From: Camelus dromedarius
Lineage: Eukaryota
DNA: 64,000 bases
Direction of reading: 5' to 3'
Assembly (NCBI RefSeq): GCF_036321535.1
Contig: NC_087436.1
Location: 56,360,001 to 56,424,000 of the forward strand
Shown here: in pieces, positions 39,334 through 52,285 of the stretch
Layout: the number at the start of each line of letters is the position of its first letter
Numbering within the stretch: position 1 is the stretch's first letter
Position numbers and translations under genes: made by a program
The notes under the pieces: generated by a model
Told to the model about the DNA's origin: nothing
Seen by the model: only the letters and a program-made list of their open reading frames with translations
Databases searched by the model: none

Positions 39334-42139
39334 TTCTTAAATTGAGGTATACTTAACATACATTATATTAGTTTCAGGTATACAACAATGTATATATTGC
39401 AAAATGATCAACACAAATCTAGTTAACATCCATTACCATATACAGTTATAATTTTTTTTTCATGAGAGTGAGCATTTTTAAGAACTTCTCTCAGCAGCTT
39501 TCAAATATGCAATATAGTACTATTAACTATACTCACCATAATGGACATTACATTCTCGTAACTTACTTATGTAATAATGAAAAGTTTGTACCTTTTGATT
39601 CCCTTCATTCATTTTGCCCACCACCCTACCTCCTGACCAACCCACCAATCTGTTCTCTGAATGTACAAGCTTGTGTTTTGTTTTTGTTTTTTTTTTAGAT
39701 TCCACATGTAAATTAAATTATATGGTATCGGTCTCTCTGACTTATTTCACTTAGCATAATGCCCTCAAGGTCCATCCACATTGTCACAAGTGGCAAGACT
39801 TCATTCTTTTTAATGGCTGAATAATATTCCATTGTATAGCTATACCACACCACATTTTCTTTATCCATCCCTTGCTGGACACTTGGGTTGTTCCATATCT
39901 TGTCCATTGTAAGTAATGCTGCAATGAACATACAAGTGGCACATATATTTTCAAGTTAGTGTTTTCATTTCCTCAAATAAATACCCAGAAGTTTCATGGT
40001 AGCTGGATTTGCTGGATTTCACAGTAGTTCTATTTTCAGCCTTTTGAGGAAATTCCATGCTGTCTTCCATAGCGGCTGCACCAATTAACATTCCCACCAA
40101 CAGTGCACAAGGGTTCCTTTTGCTCCATATCCTCACCAGCACTTGTTATCTCTTATCTTTTTGATAATAGCCATTCTAACAGGTGGGAGATATCTCATTG
40201 AGATTTTGATATATAATTTCCTATGATTAATGATGTTAAGCATCTTTTCATGTGCCTGTTTCTTTGGAAAAATGTCTATTCAGGTCCTCTGCCCACTTTT
40301 TCTAATGAGACTTTGTTTTTTTGCTACTGAGTTGTAAGAGCTCTTTATATATTCTGGATATTAACCCCTTATCAGATATATAGTTTATAAATATTTTCTC
40401 CCATTTAGCAGGTTGCCTTTTCATTTTGTTGATGGTTTCCTTTGCTGTGCAGAAACTTTTTAGTCTGATGTAGTACCACTTGCTTATTTTTAATTTTGTC
40501 TTTGCTTTTGGTGTCAAATCCAAAAAATCATCACCACGACCTATTCTAAAGAGATTACCACCTATGTTTTTTCCTAGGAGTTATATGGTTTCAGGTCTCA
40601 CATTCAAATCTTTAATCCATTTTGAGTTAATTTTTATGTATGGTGTAAGATAATGGTCCAGTTTCATTCTAATGCATGGGGCTACCCAGTTTTCCCAACA
40701 CTGTTTATTGAAGAGACTATATGTTCTTGGCTCCTTTATTGTAAATTAATTGACCATATAGGCATGAGTTTATTTCTGTGCTCCCTATTCTGTTCCACTG
40801 ATCTATGTGTCTGTTAGTCTGCCAATACCATACTGTTTTGATGACTAGAGCTTCGTAAAATAGTTTGCGACCAGGGCACATGAAGCCTTGAGCTTGTTCT
40901 TCTTTCTCAAGATTGCTTTGGCTATTTGGGGTCTTTTGTGGTCCTATACAAATTTTAGTACAGTTTGTTTCACTTCTGTTAAAAAATGCCATTGGATTTT
41001 GATAAGAATTACACTGAACATGTAGACTATTTTGGGTAGTATGGACATTTTAATAATATTAATTCTTTCAGCTCATGAGCATGGTTGAGCTTTCCATTTG
41101 TTTGTGTCTTCTTCAATTTGTTTCATCAATGTCTTACAGATTTTAGTGTATAGGTCTTTTATCTCCTTGGTTAAATTTATTTCAAGGTATTCTATTCTTT
41201 TTGATGAAAATTTAAAATGGGGATTATTTTCTTAAATTCTTTTTCTAATAGTTCATTATTAGTGTACACACATGCAACAGACTTCTGTATACTGATTTTT
41301 GTATCCTGCAATTTTACTGAATTCATTTATTAGTTTCAACAGTTTTTGGTGGAGTTTTTAGGGTTTTCTATATATAATATAATGTCATCTGCCAAGAGTG
41401 GCAGTTTTACTTCTTCCTTTCCAGTTTAAAGGCCTTTTTTACCCCTTGACTAGCTGCTCTGATTAGCATTTCTAATACTATGTTGAATGAAATTGGCCAG
41501 AGTAAGCATCTTTGTCTTGGTTCTAATCTTAAAGGAAAAGCTTTCAGCTTTTAACTGTCGAGTATGTTGTTACTTGTGGGCTTGTAATATGTGGTCTTTA
41601 TTATGTTAAAGGATGTCCCTTCTATACTTGTTTTGTTGAGAGGTTTTTTAAATCATAAATGGATGTTGAATTTTGTCAAATACTTTTTCTGCATTTACTG
41701 AGATGAACATAGATTTTTATCCTCCATCTTGTTAGTGTGGCAAATCACATTAATTGATTTGTGGATACTATACCACCTTGCATCCCTGGAATAAATCTCA
41801 CTTATCATGGTGTATGATCTTTTTAATATATTGTTGACTTTGGTTTGCTAATATTTTGTCAAGGAGTTTTGAATCTATGTTCTTCAGGGATATTGTCCTG
41901 TTATTTTCTTTTTTCATGGTGTCCTTTTCTGGTTTTGGTATCAGGGTAACATTGGCCTCGTAAAATTTTGTAAGTGTTTCCTCCTCTATTTTTTGGAAGA
42001 GTTTGAGAATGATATTAATTTTTCTTTGAATGTTTGATAGAATTCACCAGTGAAGCCATCTGGAACTGGACTTTTGGGTTTTTTTTTTTTTTTTTTTTTT
42101 GGTTTATTGAGCGGTTTTAAATTATTGATTCAATCTCCT
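39334..42139 (-). mobile_element. 2.8-kb 5'-truncated L1 (degenerate ORF2 RT/C-terminal region and 3'UTR)
   Basis: Broken ORF2 peptides ([55 protein letters not shown]); TSD TAAGATCTT at 39325-39333 and 42140-42148. Confidence 0.92.
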
Positions 42140-45100
42140 TAAGATCTTCCTAATAGCAAGAACACATTTGAGATAAAGGGCCAATGAGAAACTAGACTGT
42201 TGTATCTACTGTTATAATCATGAAAAGGATCATTTCCATATAAAGGCACTCCAAATTTATGCAAAATTCAGCCAGCCTCACACAGGCAAGCATAGGCATT
42301 TTGGATCAAAAACAAGACAGAACACATCAGCTAAGGCATAAAAAAGGCAATTACACGTATACACAAGAAATAATTATTTTATAAAAACACTAATTTAGCC
42401 AGATAACAATCATGCTGAAATAAGAGTTAGAAGGAAAGACAAAGATATATCTTTATGGTAATATGAAAATTCAGGTGGACAATGGAGTAGCGACAACAAA
42501 GATATGTCCCAAATATCAGATGTCTGATTAAGACAATTATCAAAATGTATTTTTTACATTTTACTATATTTTTATCATCCTCCATTTAAACAAGAGAAAG
42601 GCAGACTTCAAGAAAAATAAAGTTTGATTTAGTCAGCCCATTCAAATAATGTAAGAAATTTATTAATTAGATCCTCCGTTTACTTGATTTAAAGACGATC
42701 ACTGAAAACAAATGGCAGATGAATAATTATTAAAGAAACATTACATATAATTTAGCACACTGTATTTTCCAAACAACAAGTTAAATTTAAAAAAAATTTC
42801 TTTCCACCAAGGAAAGCTAAATAGGAGAGCTAAATGGTTTCTACTTAATCAAGTTGAAAAGAATTTCAACAACATTGATTATTTCTTCTCAACAGCTTTC
42901 CTGGCAATTAAGGCTTTTTTAATATTTAGTGACAGAATTATAAATAAACCTGACAGAAAAATGTAAGAGGAAAAAAACTAAGGAAAGTTAGACTCCCCAG
43001 AAATTTCTTAGGAATAAATACTACACTGAATAAATCTCTCTTTAGGCGCTCAGTCCATTTTTCAGTTCCCTTCCTCCCTACCACTCTCCCCCACCTAGCA
43101 GTATCTGTCTCTGTGTCTCTCTAATATCAACCTTTAGCTTAATACAGTGAATCCGGACACTTCGGATTCTGCCTGGTTAGCTTAGCTTGTTACACTGTCA
43201 TCAGCCCAGGTAGTTCACTACCCAAATTACCACGATAATACAAAGTAGGGTACATGGAAGCCAATCTAAAATTGTTTCTCATTTTTCAGAGGCTCACTAG
43301 ATTTTTAGGGAGCAACTGAACCACAAGATCACCTCCAGACATATGGTTGTGTGTGTGTGTTCTTAGTGAATAAAAACTAAATTATATTCCTCACATCTCT
43401 CATATACAACAGATGTATAGATTTTCAAGCAAATTAATCAAACTTCATGAAGTAATTAATGACCCGCAATAGTGTGACTTCCATTCAATTACAAAGGTTA
43501 AACAGAGAATTATTTTTCTTGAATATCTTGAATATCTTTTATTGGATATATGTTACAGTTATATAAATGTTTTTAGCTATTTTGTATGTCTGCATATAGT
43601 TCTCTCTTTAGTGTAAGCGCATCTCTTCTTGTGTAAATTAGGAGGTAAGAGTTACAGAGTTTCTTTAAAGCACTCATTTGTAATCAGTGGACCATTACTA
43701 GCTGGCAACCTAGTACAGACATAATAGTTTTTTTTTTGTTGTTATAGATACTTAAGAAATCAATTCTTTATTTTTAAAATTTTTCTATATTATATTATAA
43801 TGTACTCTTCCATATAATTTTTACAGAAAAAAATGAAACAAGATTTTTATAGAAAAATCAGAAAACCCAGAACAAAAGTGACATGTAAAGAAAAAAAGAA
43901 TTTGCAATACTACAACTCTACAACAAATTTCAACTTCCAAATTCATCCACTGCATCCTAAAGTCTGCTCCAGCTAATTTTAGTTTTGATTCTTCTTCTCA
44001 GTAACATTCTTATCACTTCCACAATACCATAAATAAAACATTTGAGTTTGTGTTATAAAAGATTGTTTTACATGTCACAGTGAAGACAATATCGGAATCC
44101 ACTGTCACATTAAAACACATAGAGAGTAATCTTTATGAACAGAGATAGTCCAAGGAAAATTAAGTCTCAAATATACAATGAACTTAGAAATGGATTTGAG
44201 TCTTCAAAATTCACTGAAAGATGACATGTAACTATTTAGTGCCACAGAATCTACTAGTAATCTATTTTTCTTTCTTCGTTTTCTTTTTCTTTTTCTTTTT
44301 TTTTTTTTAGCTTTCTAAATATCTCAAAAATTAACACAATTTTGAGTGTCTTCTCTGTTCTACCTCACCTTCACCAGAGGGCAGGCCAGAGCAAGAAGAG
44401 AAATTGAAGTTCCTTTCACCCAAGTTTGTACTTCAAGTGCCTTGGGTAGATAGATAAGTGAAAGAAAAATCTGAAAGTACTGAACTGTTTAGCAATGCTT
44501 TGGGAACAGTCCATTCTACTACTACCTATATTATTACAATAATAAATAATGTGAATCAATACTCATTTCCTTTCTCAACCAAAACTGGTTTAAACAGTAC
44601 CTTGGTTAAAAACAAAAGCCTATAATACACAGGAATGAAACTTGAATCAGAGCTTAAAAGCAGTATTAATTTTCAAAATAACTTTTAGTAATCCTGAATG
44701 GTGGGTTTATAGATAACTAATCTTTATTTTTATCACTTAAGCCTTGAAACATTTAACTCAATTTAATGATTTAATTTACTATCTAATAAAGTGTATTCAA
44801 AAGCCCTGACCTAAATCCTCAATTTTCATTGCCTAATCCTCTTTCATAATACTAAGACATTTTCAAACAAATTTTCTATGTTGTTTGCAATAAGAACTTA
44901 AAAAAAATATATGAACAACATGAAGCCCAATCATTAATAAAAAGTTGGGATATATGCCTAAAACTCTTTTGAAAAATAAAAATACATAAACAATTCCAAT
45001 TCAAAAGTATTGAAGCAAAATCACACATATAAAGTAGAAGACTTTCCATTATTAACTGTGACGTTATCTACTCTGGAATCTTTCTCCTTCAAGAGACTCT

Positions 45101-45249
45101 GAAGTCGGAGGAAAGAGGGACAAGGGAGGCTGTTGGTGGTGAGTTCCTGGGCTAGCAGGTTGAGGAGGGGGAAAATGTCAGGTGAGAAACCAGTATGAGG
45201 TTGGTCACCAAGCAGCGGACTCAGACTTGACCAGGATATAGGATGAAAC

Positions 45250-45425
45250 AGACGAAACAGTTCAAACCCCAGCTCAGCTACCACCTTGCTCTGCGGCCTT
45301 ATCCTTCCTCACAGAGGATGTGGAGAGCAGCAGCACACACTGGCATGCTAGGGGAATCAGATGAGACATTCCAAGTGAAGCACCTATCACGGTCCCTTGC
45401 ACATGTGAATAGCAGTGAGTTGTTA
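45250..45425 (+). mobile_element. MIR SINE fragment
   Basis: gttcaaaccccagctcagctacc...atcagatgagac...gtgaagcacctatcacggtcc. Confidence 0.5.
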
Positions 45426-48400
45426 CTGTTTTCTGTGCTGCTGAAGCTTACTGTTCAATTGTTTAGTTTTCTTTCTTCAGGAGTTTCTCTTTTCCTCCCT
45501 CAATTGTTTTTTGTCCCTTTTCCCTAGTCCTTCATCTCCTGTGTGTTTCTATTTCTCTTCCTTCCCACGCTCTTTCTCTTATCCTGATTCTCTCGTCCTC
45601 TTCAATATCCCTTTTGTTTGCTTCACTTCAGTTCCATTGACCTTCCCTTTCTAGAGTCATCATGTGCACACAAAGGCTATAAAAAAATATTGAGCTTTTT
45701 GGTTTAAGAAACAGAATGATAGTTTGCTCAAGGTTGACTAATATCCTGTTAATAACTTTCTTTTTTTCCTGTGGTATATTCATTTATTTAGCAAATAATC
45801 ACTAAATCCATTCCATCTGCATACCACAGTGGCCCAGAGCACTTAAAGTACCTTCAACAAAATAACGATCTTGCTGGTGAGACAAATCAACTGCATGTGG
45901 AACATGGTGAGGCAAATCAATTACATATGGAAAACCAAAAAACAGCCTATGAAACAATACAATAAATGTCATAACGCCACACAGAATTGTCAAATATAAG
46001 TAAGTCCCAGATAGGAGGCATGGGAGGGAAGATTACTAGGGGTAGCAGTAATCAACCCATAACTTTTATGGAAAACATAAGCACCAAAACTAGTTTTTCA
46101 TTTCAGTGGTTCATTGTTGACACTACTGAATAGGTTAAGGAAAACACATTCGTTTTAAAATGTTAGAGATATGCTGGCTCTCTGTGGAAACTAGGGCTTT
46201 TACAATAAAATATTTTGCATGTTTCCATTTACTGGCAATCGTTTCTCTTCTTAACATACCCACGGGTTACCACATCACTCAGGCTCTGTATGATAATCAC
46301 GTTTTCAACATTTTACATCGTAAAAATTCTGCCAAGAGACCCCAAAACATCTGGATAAAAAGTGAAAGCTTCAATCATTCAAGTGTTTTATTTTATGGGA
46401 AGCTAGATTATGATTTCCGCAAATCATGAAAAGGAAAAATATTACGTAAATGTGAACATACAACGTATAGATTTATATTTTGTCAATAACTAATACGGAG
46501 CTGTGAGCCTGAGTAAACAGTGTAATTGAATTATGACAGCAATTACAGTTCTTTAGACGTCACATTAACACTCCTTAAAGGTAAAAGAGCAGCTAGCCTC
46601 TCCCTCAGGTTCTAACAGGCTTTGAATTTGGAGAAATTCAAGCAAAATGTTCATGTAAATTTAAAAGTCTTTGAAAATACTCTAAAACACAACATGATTA
46701 TAAGTATCTTAATAAAAGTATCAGTATAAGAAACAATAAACTTAAAAAGCAAGTAACTGTGATGTTTAAAGCTAATTTAACATCAAACTGAATCTACATC
46801 CATAAAATAGTATAATCACAGCTAACAGGATGATTAAAACATTTAAAATCTCTCTGTATTTTAAACTACTTAACGTGTCTGTTCAAATTCACATTGTTGG
46901 AAAAGAAACCGAACCACAGCCTCTTTGACAATAATGTCGAAGAATCAAGCAGGATTTGGCAGACTGCCAAGCCAGGAGCTATGGTTTTATTCAGTGACGT
47001 TTCTATCAGTGTTCTGCTTCACAGAGTTCTGAGGCTAATCAAAGGAGATGTTCAACTTGCCATCACACAAAGACTTAGTCTGCAGCTTTGCAAAGCACTT
47101 CTAAGACAGCTTGATGTGCAAAACTACTTTGAACAGACATATACGTAAAGAAGAGAAGAGACCATGAAACCAGACACATCAGAAACCACATCACCAGGTT
47201 CATGCTGTTCTTCTTCCCCAAAGAAAAAACTTGGAAAGCATTTAGGATCTCTCTGTTTCTAATCCTTTCTGCATCCTCTAATTAGATAATTGTTAAAGGA
47301 TATCTTAGTTAAGGAGCATACTGACCTTAAACATAGAAATATATTGCTATTTCAAATGTTCAAATAGTTGAGGCACAAAATATACAGAATACAGATAGAT
47401 ATATTTAAAAACTTAAAAATGCAGTATTATCAACTACTGTCATCACCAATGAGTTTAAAGGCCTATCTCTGGTAAAACAAAATGGAATAATGATAACCAG
47501 CAATAAAATGAATTAAAACAATCTGAATATCAGAAAGCCACTATAGAGTTTTAGGAGAAAAACTGAAGAGACTGAAGAAACAACTGTCTGAAACCTGCAG
47601 TGCTCTCTACACGGTTTTGTTATGTGTATGTGTTATGCTTCCTAGTAAAGTTTTCCAAGATAGATACCAAAAATGACAAGAATTACTCAAATATACTCTT
47701 GTCCTAGTTTCTGTGACTGTATACTTTACCTTGCTAAAACAATTCATAGCCCTCCTGATGAAAAGAAAAAGATTCAGAAACTGTATTTTCAAAATATTCA
47801 TTTGCTCTAATATTTAAATCATTGATTTATACTTTACAATATTTTCACATTTAAAAAAATACTGTACCAGCAAGAAAGCAACTTTGACTTTTATAACCCA
47901 TGAGTTGAGATTTCCATGTCATAGACAGCAGAAGAACTCAAAATGCCAAAAACTACAAACAATCAAATTATACCACAAGGACTTAACACAGTCGCAACAC
48001 TTGATTTTAACCATGACAGAGTTGGACAATGTGTAAGAGCCAACATCCCCCCGACTCCAACACACATAGAACACAGAAGTTAAATAATACATGCAAAACA
48101 TTTAGTAGTTTTAAAGTAACCTAAACTGTACACTGCTGGGACAGCTAAACTAACCTGCATTTTCTTGCCATGTAATTTTGTGCAGAAAGTTTTTGAACCC
48201 CCTGAACTGTCCTATTCCACCCTCCATGCCAAGACAAAGTTCCATCACCCTTTTGGTGTGTGCCAGAACTGGCTTAACTAATCCTGCTTGTGTTTCTGGA
48301 AGGGCACGCAGCCTCTGCAAGACATAAAGCTTCTCCCACTACTCACTTTTGATTTCTGTATGCTCGACAGATCGTTGCCGGGTTCCCTGGGATGAGACAT

Positions 48401-51400
48401 GAGGCGGCGGCACAGAACTGCTAGGGGTTTCCACTAGAAAGCCCAGCACCGTAGGCAGCACTAATCCTGCACCTGTGATGGGTTATTCAGCAGTTAAGAA
48501 ATGCCGTCCAGACTGTGGTTGCCTAATACAGCTCAGCTGTTTTTCTCAGAGCTCCCTTTGATTACAAACTGGCAAGAGAGATTCTTCTGGTCAGACACTG
48601 AACTATGCTCAGGATACATGGCATATGACAGTGGAAAGGTAAAAGAGAAAGGAAACCTTAGAATCACAAAAATAAATGAAAAGAAAGAAAAGGGAAAAAA
48701 AGTCACTGACCACAGTATATTATGTAACATTTCTAGATGGTTCAAAGCTGCCTCTGATTAGATGCAAAGCAGAAAAATACACATTTAAATATCTAGAAAT
48801 CTATTTTTTGATATTACTCTTTTGACATTTAGAATGGTACTTCAACATGCAATACTTTAGCTTATTTTAAAATAAACACAACTTCACAAGTTGATAGCTA
48901 CATAAACATTTAAAAATCTTTGAAGAATTTTACCTATTCTAGGTATCAAATTCCTTTTATAATGTTGGGAAAATTGAGAATCAAATTATTACAATTAATT
49001 TTATCTTTTAAGTTCACCATGTCACTGGACTCAACTCATTAAAATTTTTGCTATAAAATTTATACTTGAGACATACCTATCCTATTCATCATGGACGATT
49101 TAAACTAGCACAAAATATTTATTTTAACCAGCACAAAATTGTTAGCAACTCCAGATTGATTTAAGAAATATTTATCATAGACAAAGCTGACTTCAAAACA
49201 CTCTGGTTTCACAGAGAAGAAGAAATGGCCTCTCTGCTCACAAACCTTAAAATCTAATCGGGGAGAGTGAATAAACGTTACTTTTCGTGTTATTGTTCTT
49301 CTGTCATAAAAGGGCTGCTGACCATTCACTCACACCAAAACTTTCACTCTTTTTCCTTTTATACTTTATATAAACACAAAACCATCTGTCCCCCAGGCCA
49401 GTATCCATGCCATTTTAAATAATTTAAAACCTTACCCAAAAAACAGACACTCTTTCCCAATAGCAGATGGCTAAAAAAAAGATCATTTATATATACAAAA
49501 AGAGCTGAGGTGAAGAAAATACATCAATTTCAAAAAGTACACATAATTTGAAGATATATATCAAAGGAAATGTTTAACTTTTTATGCTATTTTTTTGTAT
49601 TCATTGATTAGCTACTAATTACCAGTATATAAAAAAATGTTAGAAAAAGTCCATATGATATACATTAGGAGCAATAGGGTCCAAAGAAATTCCTATGTCC
49701 ATAAAAACATCCTCTCTCATCAGACTCTGACAAGTTTCATAGCTTTCCTTTACACGTAGACATTAGCGTGAAAGATAAAAGGGCATTTAAAGCTCCAAGA
49801 AACATTCTGATATGAACGGGTGGAGGATCAAGATTTAGGAATCATGCCACAAAATGTTATATTAATGTCCCTTAATCTGCTCTACGCATCCAAAGTAAAA
49901 TAAGATAGTTGAATTGGATCCTGGATACGTATGTGACTAGCAATATACAGACTCAGTATTTTAAGACAAAAGTTTTTTCTGAAATTATACATAAGTGGCC
50001 ATGAAAATAGTGCTGAGATTCTGACCCACCATCTGCTTTGCTTCCATTTATTGGCATAAGATTGCCAAAAGCAGAAAAGTCTTGTTGACTTTCGGGCAGA
50101 AACACTGAGGAAAGATCTGAATTGAGACCATGTTATTACAATGATTGTGTCACCTGAAATCTGGGCACAGCACACCCTGGGGCATCCTGGCCTGATGCTG
50201 CTCAAGCTGTTGCTCTTTCAACAAACAAGTGGCTTCGGTTTTCAAAACATTCTTCAAAATAATCTTATTTTCAAATTTTTTAAATTGTATAAAGCCTAGT
50301 AGTCTCAGTGGCCTACGCTTTGAAGTCTTACTGATCTTATTTTTAAATGTTCCTTCTTTATATTTCTTTATCCAATTCCTATCTCCTCATTTATGCCAAT
50401 AATTACCTGCACACACATTATATTCTAAGGTCAAAATGTTTCCTTCTTCCTTTTCAAAATAATTACCAGTATGATTATCTCACATAACACAACCAAAACT
50501 AGAACAAAAACCCTGAATCTAAGATGCTACATGAAAAATAACTACCTCTCATACACCCTTTCTTCAAATGGCTCTTAATTTTCAACCCTTCCTATATAAG
50601 GCAGCTGTATCTCTGTGTGTTAGGTTCTTTCTCTTTCAAATATTTGAATAAGTTGGGTACATGATTTTAAATGTCAGTATCAGAGTAACAAGGTAAGACA
50701 TCTTTACTCACGTTCTATTTAAATGACCAAAATGCTTCCAAACAACAATAATATTAATATGGGAGCCAAGGACGGTGTCTATCTCAAATAGCCACTTCAG
50801 TTAGAAAGTTTTCCACTTGGACAAAAATAAAGTGAGATCAAACAAAATATTTTACCAAAATGTAAGAGTTGGTATTTCAGCTACTAAGAAACCATTCTCT
50901 ATGTTCAACTACAAAATGTTCTATTCTCTACCTAAAAACCCACAGAATAATTCAGTATAGGAGGCAAGAATTCTCATTATTTAATGAATCAGGGGTTGGC
51001 CAAACTCGGCAGCTTTAACCATCACGGTCATCAGGCCTGCTGCTCCTCACCGGGAGTGAAGTCTCACGGAGGTTTTCTGTTTTGTTATGTTTCATCCTTA
51101 AGGAAAGAGCATGAGGACCTTTCAGAGTGAACAGGCCCCATTTCTGACAGAGGATTAGTTAACAGTTAAAGTTATCTATTTTCTTTCCATCTTTCTTGGC
51201 AGACAAAAATATCTGCTTTCATCATTAAAACCGCAGTAGCTATTTGGTACTAATATGAAATTTTCCTGGTGGCTCCCATTCTCCATCACCAAGTCAAACA
51301 GCCTGACCAGAAAAGTATTAAACTTGTGCTAATTATTAATTAGACAAACAATCTGGAATAAAACAAATCCTTTAAATAGCTACTTCCTAAAAGGTTTTCA

Positions 51401-52150
51401 CCCCAGCCCTTAGAATACAGCACGTCAGAGCAGCTTTTGTGCATGCTGAAATCATGGTACAGGACATGTTTTCTCTTCCCATTTCATACCAGTGGGGGGG
51501 GGGGGGGGTAACCTTGTCCAATAGGCACCATCTCAAACAGTACCCCCACCCCCAAGTGTGGGGGCTCTTGCCTTTGTAGAGTTCAGTGTCTCCTCACTAG
51601 CAAGAAAGTATAAGCAGAGAGATCATTAGTTATGACATGTAGACGCTAGCAGATAATGCTGACTCACTTCAGGAACTACTAAACTATAAACAGTGTGCTG
51701 AAAGCCATTTATCTGCATTTTAGGATAAACAGCAGAAGCTACTCAATTAAACAGATTGCAAAGAATAAGCTGGTGATGCCAAACCAAGTGAAGCTTAATT
51801 TTGAAAAGAAAAACTGTGAACTTAATAAAAATCCATCTAGGGTCCCAGGGATGCTAAAATGTAAAATCATTAAACATTTTATTTAATAATATAATATGTA
51901 AAACATATTATAACATATACTTTAAAAGGCCAGTTGGTTCAGTTACCAAAGTTATTGCAGGGTAGTCTGAGTTCAAAGTAGATTCACTGGAACTTGATAG
52001 ATATTTTCTCTTAAGTGACAGCATTTATGATAACACTGGTGCTGAGCAAACGTATATTGTCAAGGAAAGCTTTACTTGCCACTATCTAAAAGGTGAAGTT
52101 GAACTGGATCAATTTTCTTTACCAGCACGATTCCTATTCACAAACAATTT

Positions 52151-52285
52151 TTTAAAATTAATTAATTTATTTTGGTGGGGAGGCAATCAGGCATTTATTT
52201 ATTTGTGACGGCGGTACTGGGGATTGAACCCATGACCTCATGCATGCTGAGCATGTGCTGTACCACTGAGCCATACCTAACCCCC
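52151..52285 (-). mobile_element. Vic-1-like tRNA-derived SINE
   Basis: Minus strand reads GGGGGTTAGGTATGGCTCAGTGGTACAGCACATGCTCAGCATGCATGAGGTCATGGGTTCAATCCCCAGTACC (Pol III A and B boxes) then an AT-rich tail; perfect 15-bp TSD ATTCACAAACAATTT at 52136-52150 and 52286-52300. Confidence 0.88.

Noticed and set aside
37680..42139. L1 ORF2 peptides as functional genes
   Set aside because: 5'-truncated, frameshifted and stop-interrupted fossils.
50024..50032. ATG|GTGGGT as the donor of an upstream coding exon
   Set aside because: The ATG would be out of frame with BMPR1B and I found no convincing acceptor or promoter support.
52210..52285. Possible tRNA gene
   Set aside because: A/B boxes are present, but the AT-rich tail and 15-bp TSD identify a SINE.
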